From an uncultured Erysipelotrichaceae bacterium (GTDB lineage Bacteria; Bacillota_I; Bacilli_A; RFN20; CAG-826), in assembly GCA_902768335.1 (NCBI GenBank), contig CACXKR010000003.1, positions 1-53,715 on the forward strand: a stretch of 53,715 nt of DNA, written 5' to 3'. The position numbers were made by a program, and so were the translations under genes. Below, piece after piece: positions 18,807-29,467 of this stretch (positions are counted from its first letter, which is position 1; every line of letters begins with the position of its first letter). The notes below the pieces were generated by a model. The model did not search any database. It was not told the origin of the DNA and was given only the letters and a program-made list of their open reading frames with translations.

Positions 18807-21115
18807 GAAAATTTAAAGTAGTTAATAATATTACCCCAAGTGTTGATGGTAAAGGTATCATGATGGGTCGCGCCGTCTTTACTGACGATCTCGCTGCTCA
18901 AAATTCTTTAGTCTTAAAAGTTTTAAGATCACCACATGCCTTCGCACATATCAGAGATATCGACACAAGCGAAGCTGAAAAATATCCAGGTGTAGCCTGT
19001 ATCTTAACTTATAAAAATGTCCCTCATGTTCCATTTACACGTGCAGGACAAGGTTATCCAGAACCATCTCCACATGATAAGTTCGTCTTAGACGAATATG
19101 TCCGTTATGTCGGCGATGAAGTCGCTGTTGTTGCGGCCGAAGATGAAGAAACTGCTCTTGAAGCAATGAAGCTCATCAAAGTCGATTACGAAGTGCTAGA
19201 GCCTGTTTTAGATTTTGAAAAGGCTATGGATAATGAATCGGTCATCCATCCAGAGGACAAGATTCATGAAATGTTCCCAATTGGTTTTGAGCCAAAAAGA
19301 AACATTGCGACTGCTTATGAAATGGAAGTAGGCAATGTCGAAGAAGAATTGGCAAAATGCGATTATGTTGTCGATGAAACTTTCTATACACAAGCTCAAG
19401 CCCATGCGATGATGGAGCCACACGCCTCCAATGCTCGTTTAGATGAGCACAATAGATTAGTGGTTTATTCTACAACCCAAACTCCATTCCACATGCGTCG
19501 TATCATTTGTAAGACGTTAGGCCTTCCAGTTGATAAGGTTCGCGTTATTAAACCCCGTGTTGGTGGAGGTTTTGGTGGTAAACAAGCTTTCCATGGCGAA
19601 ATGTTTGTTTCATTAGTTACTTTAAGAACCAATCGTCCTTCTAAACTCGTTTATACTCGTGAAGAAGTTTTCGGTTCTTCCTATACACGTCACCCAATGC
19701 GCATTGCATTGCGTATCGGTGCAAATAAAGATGGTAAAATCCAGGCAATTGATTGTCGTGCTTTAAGCGATACTGGTGCATATGGCGAGCATGCTTTAAC
19801 AGTCTTTATGATTGTCGGCTCAAAAGTTTTGCCACTTTATAACAAAGTTAAAGCAGTCAGATTTGGTGGCAAAGTTGTTTACACTAATCATGTTCCTGCT
19901 GGAGCATATCGTGGTTATGGAGCAATCCAAGGTAACTATGCCTTAGAATCAACGATTGATATGCTTGCGAAAAAGATGGGTATGGATCCAATCGAACTTC
20001 GTGAAATCAACTCGATGAAAGAAAAAGAAACATCCCCAATCTTTGAAATCATGGGTGAAGGTACCGAAGGTACTGCTATGATTATGGAGTCATGCAAGCT
20101 CCCGTACTGCATTAAACGTGGACGTGAACTTATGAATTGGGATGAAAAATATCCTGTTAAACAAGTCGGTCCACATAAAGTTAGATCTGTTGGTTGCGCA
20201 ATCGCTATGCAAGGTAGCGGAATCCCGTTCTTAGATATGGGTTCTTGTACAATCAAACTCAACGATGGTGGCTCATACATGGTCACTGTTGGTGCAACTG
20301 ATATTGGACAAGGTAGCGATACCATTATTTCTCAAATTGTTGCTGAAGAACTTGGCACAACTATGGATAAGATTATTATTTATTCTTCTGATACTGACTT
20401 AACTCCATACGATTGTGGTGCTTATGCTTCATCTACAACCTATGTTAGTGGTAATGCTGCTTATAACGCTGCTGTCAAGATGAGAGAAAGACTCATTAAA
20501 GAAGCTGCCCAAGAATTAAAAGTTAAGCCCGATTTAGTTGAATTTGACGGCAAAACCTTCACTTCTGGTGACAAGAGTGTCACTTTAGAAGATCTTTCAA
20601 CAGGTCGACTTTACAATAACGATACACATCAAATCGCTGTTACAGAATCCTTTCACGGACATGTTTCGCCACCTCCATTTATGGCGGCATTTGGCGAATT
20701 TGAATTCGATACAGAAACCTATGAATATAAGATGGTGAAGTATGTCACCATCACTGATTGTGGTACAACCATCAACCCAATGCTTGCTAGAGGGCAAGTT
20801 GAAGGTGGTGTCATTCAAGGTTATGGAATGGCTTCTAGTGAAGAAGTTTTATACACTCCAAATGGTAAATTGGTGTCAGATAATTTCGATATGTACCACA
20901 TTCCAACTGTAAAAGAAGTTGGTGAACTTGTTACTGAATTTGCTGATTCGTATGAGCCAACTGGCCCATTTGGTGCTAAATCAGTTGGTGAAATTGGTAT
21001 TGATACACCTCCAGCCGTTTTATGTAACGCTGTTTATAATGCCTTTGGAGTTAGAATCCATAGCTTACCAATCACTCCTCAAAAGATTTTTGAGGCAATG
21101 AAAGAGAAAAAATAA
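18803..21115 (+). CDS. Molybdopterin-binding subunit of molybdenum hydroxylase I (XdhD-like)
   Basis: QAHAMMEPH, GGGFGGKQ, GAYRGYGA, GATDIGQGSDT, YASSTTY, GQVEGG, GPFGAKSVGE. Confidence 0.9.
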   Translation: MRKFKVVNNITPSVDGKGIMMGRAVFTDDLAAQNSLVLKVLRSPHAFAHIRDIDTSEAEKYPGVACILTYKNVPHVPFTRAGQGYPEPSPHDKFVLDEYVRYVGDEVAVVAAEDEETALEAMKLIKVDYEVLEPVLDFEKAMDNESVIHPEDKIHEMFPIGFEPKRNIATAYEMEVGNVEEELAKCDYVVDETFYTQAQAHAMMEPHASNARLDEHNRLVVYSTTQTPFHMRRIICKTLGLPVDKVRVIKPRVGGGFGGKQAFHGEMFVSLVTLRTNRPSKLVYTREEVFGSSYTRHPMRIALRIGANKDGKIQAIDCRALSDTGAYGEHALTVFMIVGSKVLPLYNKVKAVRFGGKVVYTNHVPAGAYRGYGAIQGNYALESTIDMLAKKMGMDPIELREINSMKEKETSPIFEIMGEGTEGTAMIMESCKLPYCIKRGRELMNWDEKYPVKQVGPHKVRSVGCAIAMQGSGIPFLDMGSCTIKLNDGGSYMVTVGATDIGQGSDTIISQIVAEELGTTMDKIIIYSSDTDLTPYDCGAYASSTTYVSGNAAYNAAVKMRERLIKEAAQELKVKPDLVEFDGKTFTSGDKSVTLEDLSTGRLYNNDTHQIAVTESFHGHVSPPPFMAAFGEFEFDTETYEYKMVKYVTITDCGTTINPMLARGQVEGGVIQGYGMASSEEVLYTPNGKLVSDNFDMYHIPTVKEVGELVTEFADSYEPTGPFGAKSVGEIGIDTPPAVLCNAVYNAFGVRIHSLPITPQKIFEAMKEKK

Positions 21116-21116
21116 A

Positions 21117-22421
21117 ATGAACGATCTTCTTGTTAAAAATGGTTTAGTTTACATTAATGGTAAATTTGAGAAAGTTAATCTCGCTATTTTAAACGAGAAG
21201 ATTTCTTATATCGGAAAAGAAGAAGTCGATGCAAAAGAAGTGTTTGATGCATCAAATCTTAAGGTTCTGCCTGGCTTAATTGATCCGCATGTTCACTTTG
21301 AGCTCAACTGCGGAAAAGTTACTTCTGTTGATGATTTTTATTATGGTAGCAAATGCGCAATTTATGGTGGAGTAACCACAATTGTTGATTTCCTAGATCC
21401 AACTAGAAATGCCGAAGAACTCGAAAAATCGTTCTATGAAAGACTTAATTTAGCAAAGAAATCACTTGTCGATTATCATTTCCACGCTTGTATTAGAGAA
21501 CCTAACGGGTCTTTGGAAGAATACGTAAAGAAAACCGTTGAGCTTGGAATGAGAACAATTAAGCTATTTACAACATATTCCGATACGCATCGTCGAACTT
21601 ACGATAAAGACATCATTGAATTACTCAAATTAAGCAAAAAATACAACGTGCTGATTTGCGCGCATATCGAGAATGACGATTTAATCGATTTAAGAGATAA
21701 ATATACATATAAAGATTTATCTTTATCTAGACCAAGCATAGCCGAAACTAGTGAAGCCTTAAAACTCGCTAAATATGTTAAAGAGACCGGCGGAAACTTC
21801 TATATGGTTCATTGTTCAAGTGGACAAACTCTTAAAGCTTTAAAAGAACAATTCAGAGATATTTTGAATAAAAACTTCTATGTTGAATCTTGTCCTCAAT
21901 ACTTTATCTTTAATAATTCTGTTTTAGATGAAGAAAACGGCAGATTGTTTACTTTCGCTCCTCCACTAAGAAGCGAGAGGGAAAGACAACTTTTAGTAGC
22001 GAATTACAAAGATATTATTTCAATTGGAACCGATCATTGTGCATTTATGAAGGCTGATAAAGACTGCCCAACTTTAAAAGGTTTCCCACTTGGAGTTGGT
22101 GGTGTCGAACACGCCTTCCCACTTATGTATAGGCGCTTTGGAGATGAGATTATCGATAAGATGAGCGTTAATACTGCCAAGGTACAAGATTTCGTATCTA
22201 AAGGATTGATTAAGGAAGGCCTTGATGCTGATTTAGGATTTTTTAAAGAAGATGATTCTACAATCGAAAACGAAAACCATGGAAAATGCGATTACTCAAT
22301 CTACGACGGCTTAATTTCTTCTGGACAATTTATTCATGTTTTAAGAAGAGGAAGCTTTGTGTTAAAGAATAGAAAGATTATTGAATCGCAGGGAAAATTG
22401 ATTAATTGTGGGGAAAAATAA
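21117..22421 (+). CDS. Dihydropyrimidinase/hydantoinase-family cyclic amidohydrolase (HyuA-like)
   Basis: PGLIDPHVH, GGVTTIVDF, IKLFTTY (carbamylated Lys), CAHIEN, MVHCS, PPLR, GTDHCAF. Confidence 0.85.
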   Translation: MNDLLVKNGLVYINGKFEKVNLAILNEKISYIGKEEVDAKEVFDASNLKVLPGLIDPHVHFELNCGKVTSVDDFYYGSKCAIYGGVTTIVDFLDPTRNAEELEKSFYERLNLAKKSLVDYHFHACIREPNGSLEEYVKKTVELGMRTIKLFTTYSDTHRRTYDKDIIELLKLSKKYNVLICAHIENDDLIDLRDKYTYKDLSLSRPSIAETSEALKLAKYVKETGGNFYMVHCSSGQTLKALKEQFRDILNKNFYVESCPQYFIFNNSVLDEENGRLFTFAPPLRSERERQLLVANYKDIISIGTDHCAFMKADKDCPTLKGFPLGVGGVEHAFPLMYRRFGDEIIDKMSVNTAKVQDFVSKGLIKEGLDADLGFFKEDDSTIENENHGKCDYSIYDGLISSGQFIHVLRRGSFVLKNRKIIESQGKLINCGEK

Positions 22422-22422
22422 A

Positions 22423-23721
22423 ATGAAAGCAATTATTAATGCAAGAATTTATGATTACACAAATTATATCGAAAACGGATATGTTATTTTTGATAAGAAA
22501 ATCATTGAAGTAGGTTCTATGAAAAATTATAAAAAACCTGCAGAAGCCAAAGAAATTGACTTTACAGGCGATTTATTAATTCCTGGTTTTGTTTGTAATC
22601 ATGCTCATATTTATTCGATTTTTGCTAGGGGTTTAGCTCTTCCTTTCAACCCTAAAAACTTTCAAGACATCCTTGATCAAATGTGGTGGAAGCTTGATGC
22701 AAAACTTACTAATGAAATGACCTATTATAGCGGTATTGCTGCTTCATACGAATTCTTACTCAATGGCGTCACAACTGTTATAGATCATCATGCGAGTGGT
22801 GAAATTAAAGGTTCTCTTAAAAAATTAAGTAAGGCCGTCAGTGGTGTCGCAGGCATAAGAGGCCTATATTGTTTTGAAACATCTGATCGCTATAATGTCG
22901 ATGAATGCATTAAAGAAAATATTACTTTTGCAAAGAAAAACCAAAACGATAAAGTTCATGGCTTATTTGGAATGCACGCTTCAATGTCGTTAAGCGATAA
23001 AACACTTAAGAAGATTTCTAAGAAAAACGAATTCCCAATTCATGTTCATGTTGCTGAATCAGATATGGACGAGGAAGACTCGTTAAACAAATATAAAATG
23101 AACATTATTTCTAGATTTGATAAATATGGCTTAATTAAACCTAATTCTTTGATTGTTCATGGTGTTTTCCTTAATGATGACGAACTTGAGATTATCAAAA
23201 ATAGAAAAGCCTATATGGTCGTTAATACAACTTCGAATATGAATAACGCTGTCGGATTACCTGATGTTAAAACTTATCTTGAACACGATATTCCGGTTAT
23301 GGTTGGCAACGATGGTTTGAATTCTAATATGGCTAGCGAATATATGAATGTTTTATATACTTCGCATCTAAAAAATAAACAACCAACAGAGCTTAACTTA
23401 GGGGATGTCTTAAATATGCTTAAGACTTCCTATAAATATATATCAAATACCTTTGGTATTAAGTTAGGAGAAATCGCCAAAGATTACGAAGCCGATTTCT
23501 TAAGAGTGAAATACACTCCGTTTACCAAGATGGATGAAAGTAATGCTTTTGGTCATCTCTTCTATGGAACCTTCCCTAACTTTAAACCTTCTCATGTATT
23601 TATAGGTGGCAAGCTCCAAGTTAAAGACTACAAAGTTGTTAATAAAAAACTGAATAATGAGTTTACTAAATGCAATACTTATTCCAAACAACTTTGGGAT
23701 TCATTAAAGGAGGCAAAATAA
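22423..23721 (+). CDS. ssnA: SsnA-like metal-dependent amidohydrolase
   Basis: PGFVCNHAHIYSIFARG, ILDQMWWKLD, GVTTVIDHHAS, IHVHVAES, VHG, NNAVG, GNDG. Confidence 0.75.
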   Translation: MKAIINARIYDYTNYIENGYVIFDKKIIEVGSMKNYKKPAEAKEIDFTGDLLIPGFVCNHAHIYSIFARGLALPFNPKNFQDILDQMWWKLDAKLTNEMTYYSGIAASYEFLLNGVTTVIDHHASGEIKGSLKKLSKAVSGVAGIRGLYCFETSDRYNVDECIKENITFAKKNQNDKVHGLFGMHASMSLSDKTLKKISKKNEFPIHVHVAESDMDEEDSLNKYKMNIISRFDKYGLIKPNSLIVHGVFLNDDELEIIKNRKAYMVVNTTSNMNNAVGLPDVKTYLEHDIPVMVGNDGLNSNMASEYMNVLYTSHLKNKQPTELNLGDVLNMLKTSYKYISNTFGIKLGEIAKDYEADFLRVKYTPFTKMDESNAFGHLFYGTFPNFKPSHVFIGGKLQVKDYKVVNKKLNNEFTKCNTYSKQLWDSLKEAK

Positions 23722-24818
23722 TGGATTTAAGTTGTAAATTTGATGGCATTAAGATTGATAACCCATTGATGCCAGCAGCAGGACCTTTAGTTGGCGATGC
23801 TGAAAAAATGTTATGGTTAGAGCAAGTTGCTGGTTGTGGTGCAATTGTCGCGAAAACGATTTCGACAAAAGATGCTCACATTCCACATCCATGTATTTAT
23901 GGTGACAAAGATTACATTATGAACTGTGAACTTTGGACAGAATACACCAAAGAAAAATGGCTCAATGAATTCTTACCTTATTACAAGAAACATTCAATCG
24001 GTAAGCCTTTAATTATCTCGGTTGGTTACACCAAAGAAGATATGGAAGTGCTTATTCCACTTCTTGATAAATACGCCGATGCATTTGAAGTATCTACCCA
24101 CTATGTTGGAAATGATTTAAATGCTTTAGGAGAAACAGTTAGAACAATTCGTTCATTAACTAAAAAACCTTTTTATATGAAGATTTCAGCCCACATGCCT
24201 GACCCAGAAGGTTTTGCTCATACGATTAAAGTCAATGGTGCGAATGGTGTTGTGGCAGTTAACTCTCTTGGTCCATCCATGAAAATTGATATCGAATCAC
24301 GTAATATCATCTATGGAAATGCTAAAGGTTTTGCTTGGACTAGCGGACCATATATTAAAAACATTGCTTTAGCAACCGTCTATACAATTAAGAATGCTGA
24401 ACCATCTTTAACTGTTATTGGTGTTGGTGGTATTGCCTCTGCAAGCGATGTTATCGAATTCCTCCTTGCTGGTGCTTCGGCAGTTCAAATGCTTTCAGCG
24501 GCTATGTTAAGAGGAAAAGATTTATATAAGAAGATTATTGATGATCTACCAGCCGCACTTACAAAATACGGTTTCTCTTCAGTCGAGGAAGTTATTAATA
24601 CAAAATTAGTTAACCGTGTCGCTTATGAGAAGGGCGACGTTCCACAACTTGATGCTGGAAAATGTATTAAATGTGGAACATGCAGCAAAGTGTGTCCATA
24701 TTTTGCAATTGAAATGGATGGCACTCCAAAATTCAATAAAGAAAAATGCTTCCGTTGCGGCCTCTGCGTCAGCAAATGCCCAACCAAAGCTCTCAAATAT
24801 ATAAAGGCGGAAAAATAG
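23721..24818 (+). CDS. Dihydroorotate-dehydrogenase/PreA-like FMN protein with C-terminal 2x[4Fe-4S]
   Basis: NPLMPAAGP, AKTIS, VNSLGP, VIGVGGIASASDVIEFLLAGASAVQ; CIKCGTCSKVCP and CFRCGLCVSKCP; no NxSCP active-site motif (EVSTHY instead). Confidence 0.8.
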   Translation: MDLSCKFDGIKIDNPLMPAAGPLVGDAEKMLWLEQVAGCGAIVAKTISTKDAHIPHPCIYGDKDYIMNCELWTEYTKEKWLNEFLPYYKKHSIGKPLIISVGYTKEDMEVLIPLLDKYADAFEVSTHYVGNDLNALGETVRTIRSLTKKPFYMKISAHMPDPEGFAHTIKVNGANGVVAVNSLGPSMKIDIESRNIIYGNAKGFAWTSGPYIKNIALATVYTIKNAEPSLTVIGVGGIASASDVIEFLLAGASAVQMLSAAMLRGKDLYKKIIDDLPAALTKYGFSSVEEVINTKLVNRVAYEKGDVPQLDAGKCIKCGTCSKVCPYFAIEMDGTPKFNKEKCFRCGLCVSKCPTKALKYIKAEK

Positions 24819-26917
24819 TGAAATCGAAATATCCAACATCAGTTAAAAAAGTGGATTTTGCAGCGAAATTTGCTGGAGAAGCACTTTTTAGTGATGACAT
24901 TCCTTTCGATAACGCCCTGTTTGCTAAGACGTTAAGATCTACAATTTCGAGAGGAAAAATCAAGGCGGTTCATCTTCCTAAACTTCCAGAAGGTTATTAT
25001 TATTTTGACCGCAGCGATGTAAAAGAAAATGTTGTCAATATCATCTTTTCCGATTGGCCAGTCTTTGCCGATGGTAGAGTTAACTATCTTGGTGAAGGAA
25101 TCGGCATTTTTGTCGGTGAAAACATGGAAGTTTTGAACAAACTCGTTGAAGAAACAAAGGTTGATTATATTGAAGAAACTCCTGTTTTTGATATGAGCGA
25201 ATCATACATCCATAAAGCTTTTAAAAAGGGCGACTATGAAGCCGCTAAGAAGAAAGCAAAAAGAGTTATTAAACGTACTTACGAGACTTCGTTCCAGGAA
25301 CAAGCATATCTCGAAAACCAAGCAATTATTGCATATTTTGATGAAAACGATAAACTTACGCTCACAGGATCGATGCAGTGTCCATTCTATATCAAACGGG
25401 CTGTAATGAGGTCTTTAGGGCTTGGCGATGATCAAGTTAGAGTAATTCAACCAGCAGTTGGTGGAGCCTTTGGTGGCAAAGAACATTATCCATCGCTAAC
25501 TGGCTCTCAAGTTGCAACCGCTGCACTTAAGCTTCATCGTCCAGTAAAAATGATTTATGAAAGACCGGAAGACATTGTTTTCTCTACAAAACGTCATCCT
25601 TCTCATAGCGAATATGAAGCTTTGATTGGCGAAAACAATGAGATTCTAGGTATTAAAGCCCACATCAAATTGGATGGTGGTGCCTATAAAGGTTGCAGCG
25701 GTGTCGTTTTATCACGTGCTCTAATTGCATCGTGCAACGCATATGTTTTTGAAAATATTGATATTGTTGGCGATGCTTGCATGACAAATCATGTTCCTTG
25801 TGCAGCATTCAGAGGTTTCGGCTCTCCTCAAACTATTTTTGCGATGGAAATGTTTATTCATCATATCGCAAAAGAAATTGGGGTTGATCCACTCGAACTT
25901 AGATTAAAATACCTTGCAAAACATGGTGATGTTACTACAAATAGTGGACATTTCCACGATCCAATAATCCTACCAGAACTTATTAACAAAGCAATGGAAA
26001 TGAGCGATTACAAACGCAAGGTAAAGGAATATTCAAAACCCGGATGTCTCAAAGGAATTGGTATGTCTTTATTCCTTCATGGATGCGGATTTACTGGTTC
26101 GGGAGAATCAGACATTATTAAAGGCAAAGTTAAATTAGTTAAAGACGAAAATGACCATGTCTATTGCTATGCTTCTAGCGTTGATATGGGTCAAGGTTGT
26201 AGAACAACTTTGAAAAGGATTGTCGCAAAAAATCTCGGTCTACCAGATGAACAAGTAACGATGGATGGACCAGATACAGATGCAACTCCAGATACAGGCC
26301 CGACCGCAGCTTCTAGAACAATTATTATTGTTGGATTCCTTATGGAAAAAGCTGCGAAGAATCTTAAAAAGATTTGGAAAAAAGGTGTTAGACAAGAGCA
26401 TATCGAACCTTATGTCGGTCCAAGTTATATCCATTGGGACGAAGCGACTATGCAAGGTGATGCCTATCCATCATATTCTTGGGGCGTCAATGTTGTAGAA
26501 GTTGAAGTTAACCCAATTACATATCAAGTTGAAGTTAAGCACACTTGGTCAACTTATGATGTTGGTCGAGTTGTCGATGAAAGAATCGCTGTTGGTCAAG
26601 CTGATGGCGGTCTACTTCAAGCACTTGGATATGGTTACTTAGAAAATTTGCGCTGCGAAAATGGTAAATTTAGACAAAAAGGTTTGACAGATTATATTGT
26701 TCCAACCGCAGTTGATGCACCTCCTATGGAAACTGCCTTTATTGACAATCCATTCATTTATGGTGCTGATGGAGCTAAAGGTATGGGTGAATTAACCTTT
26801 GTTGGTGGCGCTCCAGCTCTTGCTTTAGCAATTGAGAATGCAATCAAGAAAGAAATCCATTCTATTCCTGCTACTCCTGAATATCTTATGGAGGTAATTA
26901 ATAATGGCAAATATTAA
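24818..26917 (+). CDS. Molybdopterin-binding subunit of molybdenum hydroxylase II (XdhA-like)
   Basis: GTG start overlapping the upstream TAG; EQAYLE, GGAFGGKE, AFRGFGSPQ, DMGQG, TAASRT, GQADGG, GAKGMGE. Confidence 0.9.
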   Translation: MKSKYPTSVKKVDFAAKFAGEALFSDDIPFDNALFAKTLRSTISRGKIKAVHLPKLPEGYYYFDRSDVKENVVNIIFSDWPVFADGRVNYLGEGIGIFVGENMEVLNKLVEETKVDYIEETPVFDMSESYIHKAFKKGDYEAAKKKAKRVIKRTYETSFQEQAYLENQAIIAYFDENDKLTLTGSMQCPFYIKRAVMRSLGLGDDQVRVIQPAVGGAFGGKEHYPSLTGSQVATAALKLHRPVKMIYERPEDIVFSTKRHPSHSEYEALIGENNEILGIKAHIKLDGGAYKGCSGVVLSRALIASCNAYVFENIDIVGDACMTNHVPCAAFRGFGSPQTIFAMEMFIHHIAKEIGVDPLELRLKYLAKHGDVTTNSGHFHDPIILPELINKAMEMSDYKRKVKEYSKPGCLKGIGMSLFLHGCGFTGSGESDIIKGKVKLVKDENDHVYCYASSVDMGQGCRTTLKRIVAKNLGLPDEQVTMDGPDTDATPDTGPTAASRTIIIVGFLMEKAAKNLKKIWKKGVRQEHIEPYVGPSYIHWDEATMQGDAYPSYSWGVNVVEVEVNPITYQVEVKHTWSTYDVGRVVDERIAVGQADGGLLQALGYGYLENLRCENGKFRQKGLTDYIVPTAVDAPPMETAFIDNPFIYGADGAKGMGELTFVGGAPALALAIENAIKKEIHSIPATPEYLMEVINNGKY

Positions 26918-27377
26918 ATTTACCTTAAACAATAAAGTAGTCGAAGTTGATCTTGATCCTTCGATGAGACTTATTGACGCTTTGCGCTTACACTTTAAAC
27001 TTACCGCAACCAAAGAAGGATGCGGCGAAGGAAGTTGTGGTGCGTGCGTAGTTCTCATGGATGGCAAAGGTATTAATTCATGTTTGATGCCGCTTGCTAA
27101 TGTTAATGGTCATTCAATCATCACTCTCGAAGAATTCAAGAAAACAAAACAATTCAAAGTGTTAGAAGAATGTTTTGCTGATGAAGGTGGTTCACAATGT
27201 GGTTTCTGCACCCCAGGAATGATTTTTGCGGCTCAGTCTTTGCTTGCTAGCAATGCTCATCCAAGTGAAGAAGAAGTTCGCGAAGCTCTTTCTGGAAATC
27301 TCTGCAGATGTACAGGTTATCAATCAATCGTCAATGCTATTTTAAGAGCAGCGAAGGAAGGAGAAGGCTTATGGTAA
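26904..27377 (+). CDS. 2x[2Fe-2S] subunit of molybdenum hydroxylase II
   Basis: TKEGCGEGSCGACVV, QCGFCTPGM, GNLCRCTGY. Confidence 0.92.
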   Translation: MANIKFTLNNKVVEVDLDPSMRLIDALRLHFKLTATKEGCGEGSCGACVVLMDGKGINSCLMPLANVNGHSIITLEEFKKTKQFKVLEECFADEGGSQCGFCTPGMIFAAQSLLASNAHPSEEEVREALSGNLCRCTGYQSIVNAILRAAKEGEGLW

Positions 27378-28219
27378 AATACATCCCGGCTTCAAAAGAA
27401 GACGCTTTAAATTTCCTTGCTTCTCATGACGCTTATATTGTTGCAGGTGGAACCGATATGATGGTTCTAAAAAGAAATGCAGCAGGATTGCTTCCAAAAT
27501 TTGATAAGGATGTTTTATATATTTCCAACTTAAACGAACTTAATAAAATTTATGAAGATAAGGAATATATTCACATAGGCGCAACTGCAACATTAGATGA
27601 AATTTATAATCATCCTTTGACTCCAAAATTATTAAAAGAAGCTGTTGGGGAAGTTGCCTCAATAAATATTCGTCATTTTGCAACTCTTCCTGGCAATATC
27701 GCTAATGCCTCTCCAGCAGGAGATACGATTGTCATCGATTATCTTTTAGATGCTATTGTTAAACTCGAGTCCAAGAATGGCGTTAGATTAGTTAAAGCTG
27801 AAAACTTTGTCTTAGGCGTTAGAAAAGTCGACCGTAGAAGCGATGAACTAATTACTGAAATTATGTTCCCTCGTTTCTCCTATGACGGTGATATGTGGTA
27901 CAAAGTCGGTTCTAGAAAAGCTGATTCAATTTCAAAAGTGAGTGTTGCAGGTCTTTACTCTATAACAGATGGTAAGATTTCGAAATTTGCTCTCGCATTT
28001 GGCTCTACCGCTGTTACAGTTCGTAGAAGTCACGAATTAGAAAAAGAAATTGAAGGTTTAACTCAAAAAGAGCTTCTCGATAGATGCGAAGAATTTGTTG
28101 AAAAATATTCTAAGATTATTTCGCCTATCGATGATCAACGTTCCAACAAAGAATATCGTTTAATGGTTGCGAAAAATATTACTCGTAAATTCATTAAACA
28201 AGTTGGGGAGGGAAAATAA
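27371..28219 (+). CDS. FAD-binding subunit of molybdenum hydroxylase II
   Basis: VAGGTD, IHIGATAT, IRHFATLPGNIANASPAGD, PIDDQRSNKEYR. Confidence 0.9.
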   Translation: MVKYIPASKEDALNFLASHDAYIVAGGTDMMVLKRNAAGLLPKFDKDVLYISNLNELNKIYEDKEYIHIGATATLDEIYNHPLTPKLLKEAVGEVASINIRHFATLPGNIANASPAGDTIVIDYLLDAIVKLESKNGVRLVKAENFVLGVRKVDRRSDELITEIMFPRFSYDGDMWYKVGSRKADSISKVSVAGLYSITDGKISKFALAFGSTAVTVRRSHELEKEIEGLTQKELLDRCEEFVEKYSKIISPIDDQRSNKEYRLMVAKNITRKFIKQVGEGK

Positions 28220-29466
28220 TGAGTTCATACATAAAAGGTTATAAATGCACGATTTGCGGGGAATTCTTTAAACCAGATGAGGTCAATTTAACCTGCCCAC
28301 ACTGTGGCGAAAAAGGTATTCTCGATGTTGTTTATGACTACGATGCATTAAAATCTATTCTCACAAAAGAGTACTTTAAGAATAATAAAAACTATTCAAT
28401 GTGGAGATACGCTCCAATCATGGGAATTAAAGAAGACCATATTGATGAGATGCTCCGTGTTGGATGGACTCCTCTTTACCACGCTAGAAATCTAGAAAAA
28501 GAATTAGGCGTGAAAAGACTATATGTAAAAGATGATGGATTAAATCCAAGCGGATCAAGCAAAGACCGTGCTAGTGGTGTAGCGGTTTTAAAAGCTATTG
28601 AAGCTGGCGCGAAAGTTATTGCTTGTTCTTCAACTGGAAATGCCGCATCAAGCTGTGCTTGTCAGGCTGCTCATATGGGACTTAAAGCAGTTATCTTTGT
28701 TCCAAAAAGAGCCCCGATTGGCAAAGCCACTCAAATTTGTTTATACGGTGCTACTTTAGTTAAAGTTGATGGTGACTACAAAGCCGCTTTCTCTTTATCA
28801 AAGCAAGCTATCGATAAATACGGTTGGTATAACCGTAATGCCGCCATTAATCCTTTCATGGTTGAAGGCAAGAAAACTGTTGCAATGGAAATAGCCGAGC
28901 AACTTGACTTCGAACCAACCGATTGGGTAGCAATATCTGTAGGCGACGGATGTTCTATTGGTGGTGTTTATAAGGGATTTGCAGAGTTTTACAAGTTAGG
29001 TTTAATTAAACGAATCCCAAAAATCTTAGGTGTTCAATCAACTGGATGCGCACCATTTGTTATTTCAAGTCAAACTGGTGAGCCTCTAAAAGAAGCTGAT
29101 GAGAACACTCTTGCTGATTCTATCGCTGTTGGTATTCCTCGTAACCCTGTGAAAGCTATTAATGCAGTGAAGCTTTCAAAAGGTGCTTGGATCGCTGTAC
29201 CAGATGAGGACATTATTAAAGCAATGTCTTTATTAGGAAGAACCGAAGGCATCTTTGGTGAACCTGCTGGTGTAGCAGCAATAGCGGGAATTAGAAAAGC
29301 TGTTGAACAAGGTATCATCTCGCCTGATGAAACCGTTACAACAATCGTTACTGGAAACGGTTTAAAAGATCCAGTCAATGGTCAAAAGGCAGTATCCATG
29401 CCTGAACCAATGGAACCAAATCTTGAAACATTGGATAAATTTTTGAAAGAAAAAGGAGCAATTTAG
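28219..29466 (+). CDS. Threonine-synthase-like fold-type II PLP enzyme with N-terminal Zn ribbon
   Basis: CTICG...CPHCG; LNPSGSSKDR (PLP Lys); SSTGNAASS; EGKKT; VGDG; context argues against a housekeeping thrC. Confidence 0.8.
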   Translation: MSSYIKGYKCTICGEFFKPDEVNLTCPHCGEKGILDVVYDYDALKSILTKEYFKNNKNYSMWRYAPIMGIKEDHIDEMLRVGWTPLYHARNLEKELGVKRLYVKDDGLNPSGSSKDRASGVAVLKAIEAGAKVIACSSTGNAASSCACQAAHMGLKAVIFVPKRAPIGKATQICLYGATLVKVDGDYKAAFSLSKQAIDKYGWYNRNAAINPFMVEGKKTVAMEIAEQLDFEPTDWVAISVGDGCSIGGVYKGFAEFYKLGLIKRIPKILGVQSTGCAPFVISSQTGEPLKEADENTLADSIAVGIPRNPVKAINAVKLSKGAWIAVPDEDIIKAMSLLGRTEGIFGEPAGVAAIAGIRKAVEQGIISPDETVTTIVTGNGLKDPVNGQKAVSMPEPMEPNLETLDKFLKEKGAI

Positions 29467-29467
29467 T

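Noticed and set aside
28219-29466. Calling this gene housekeeping thrC
   Set aside because: No hom or thrB nearby, and it is translationally coupled inside a catabolic operon; only the fold is supported.
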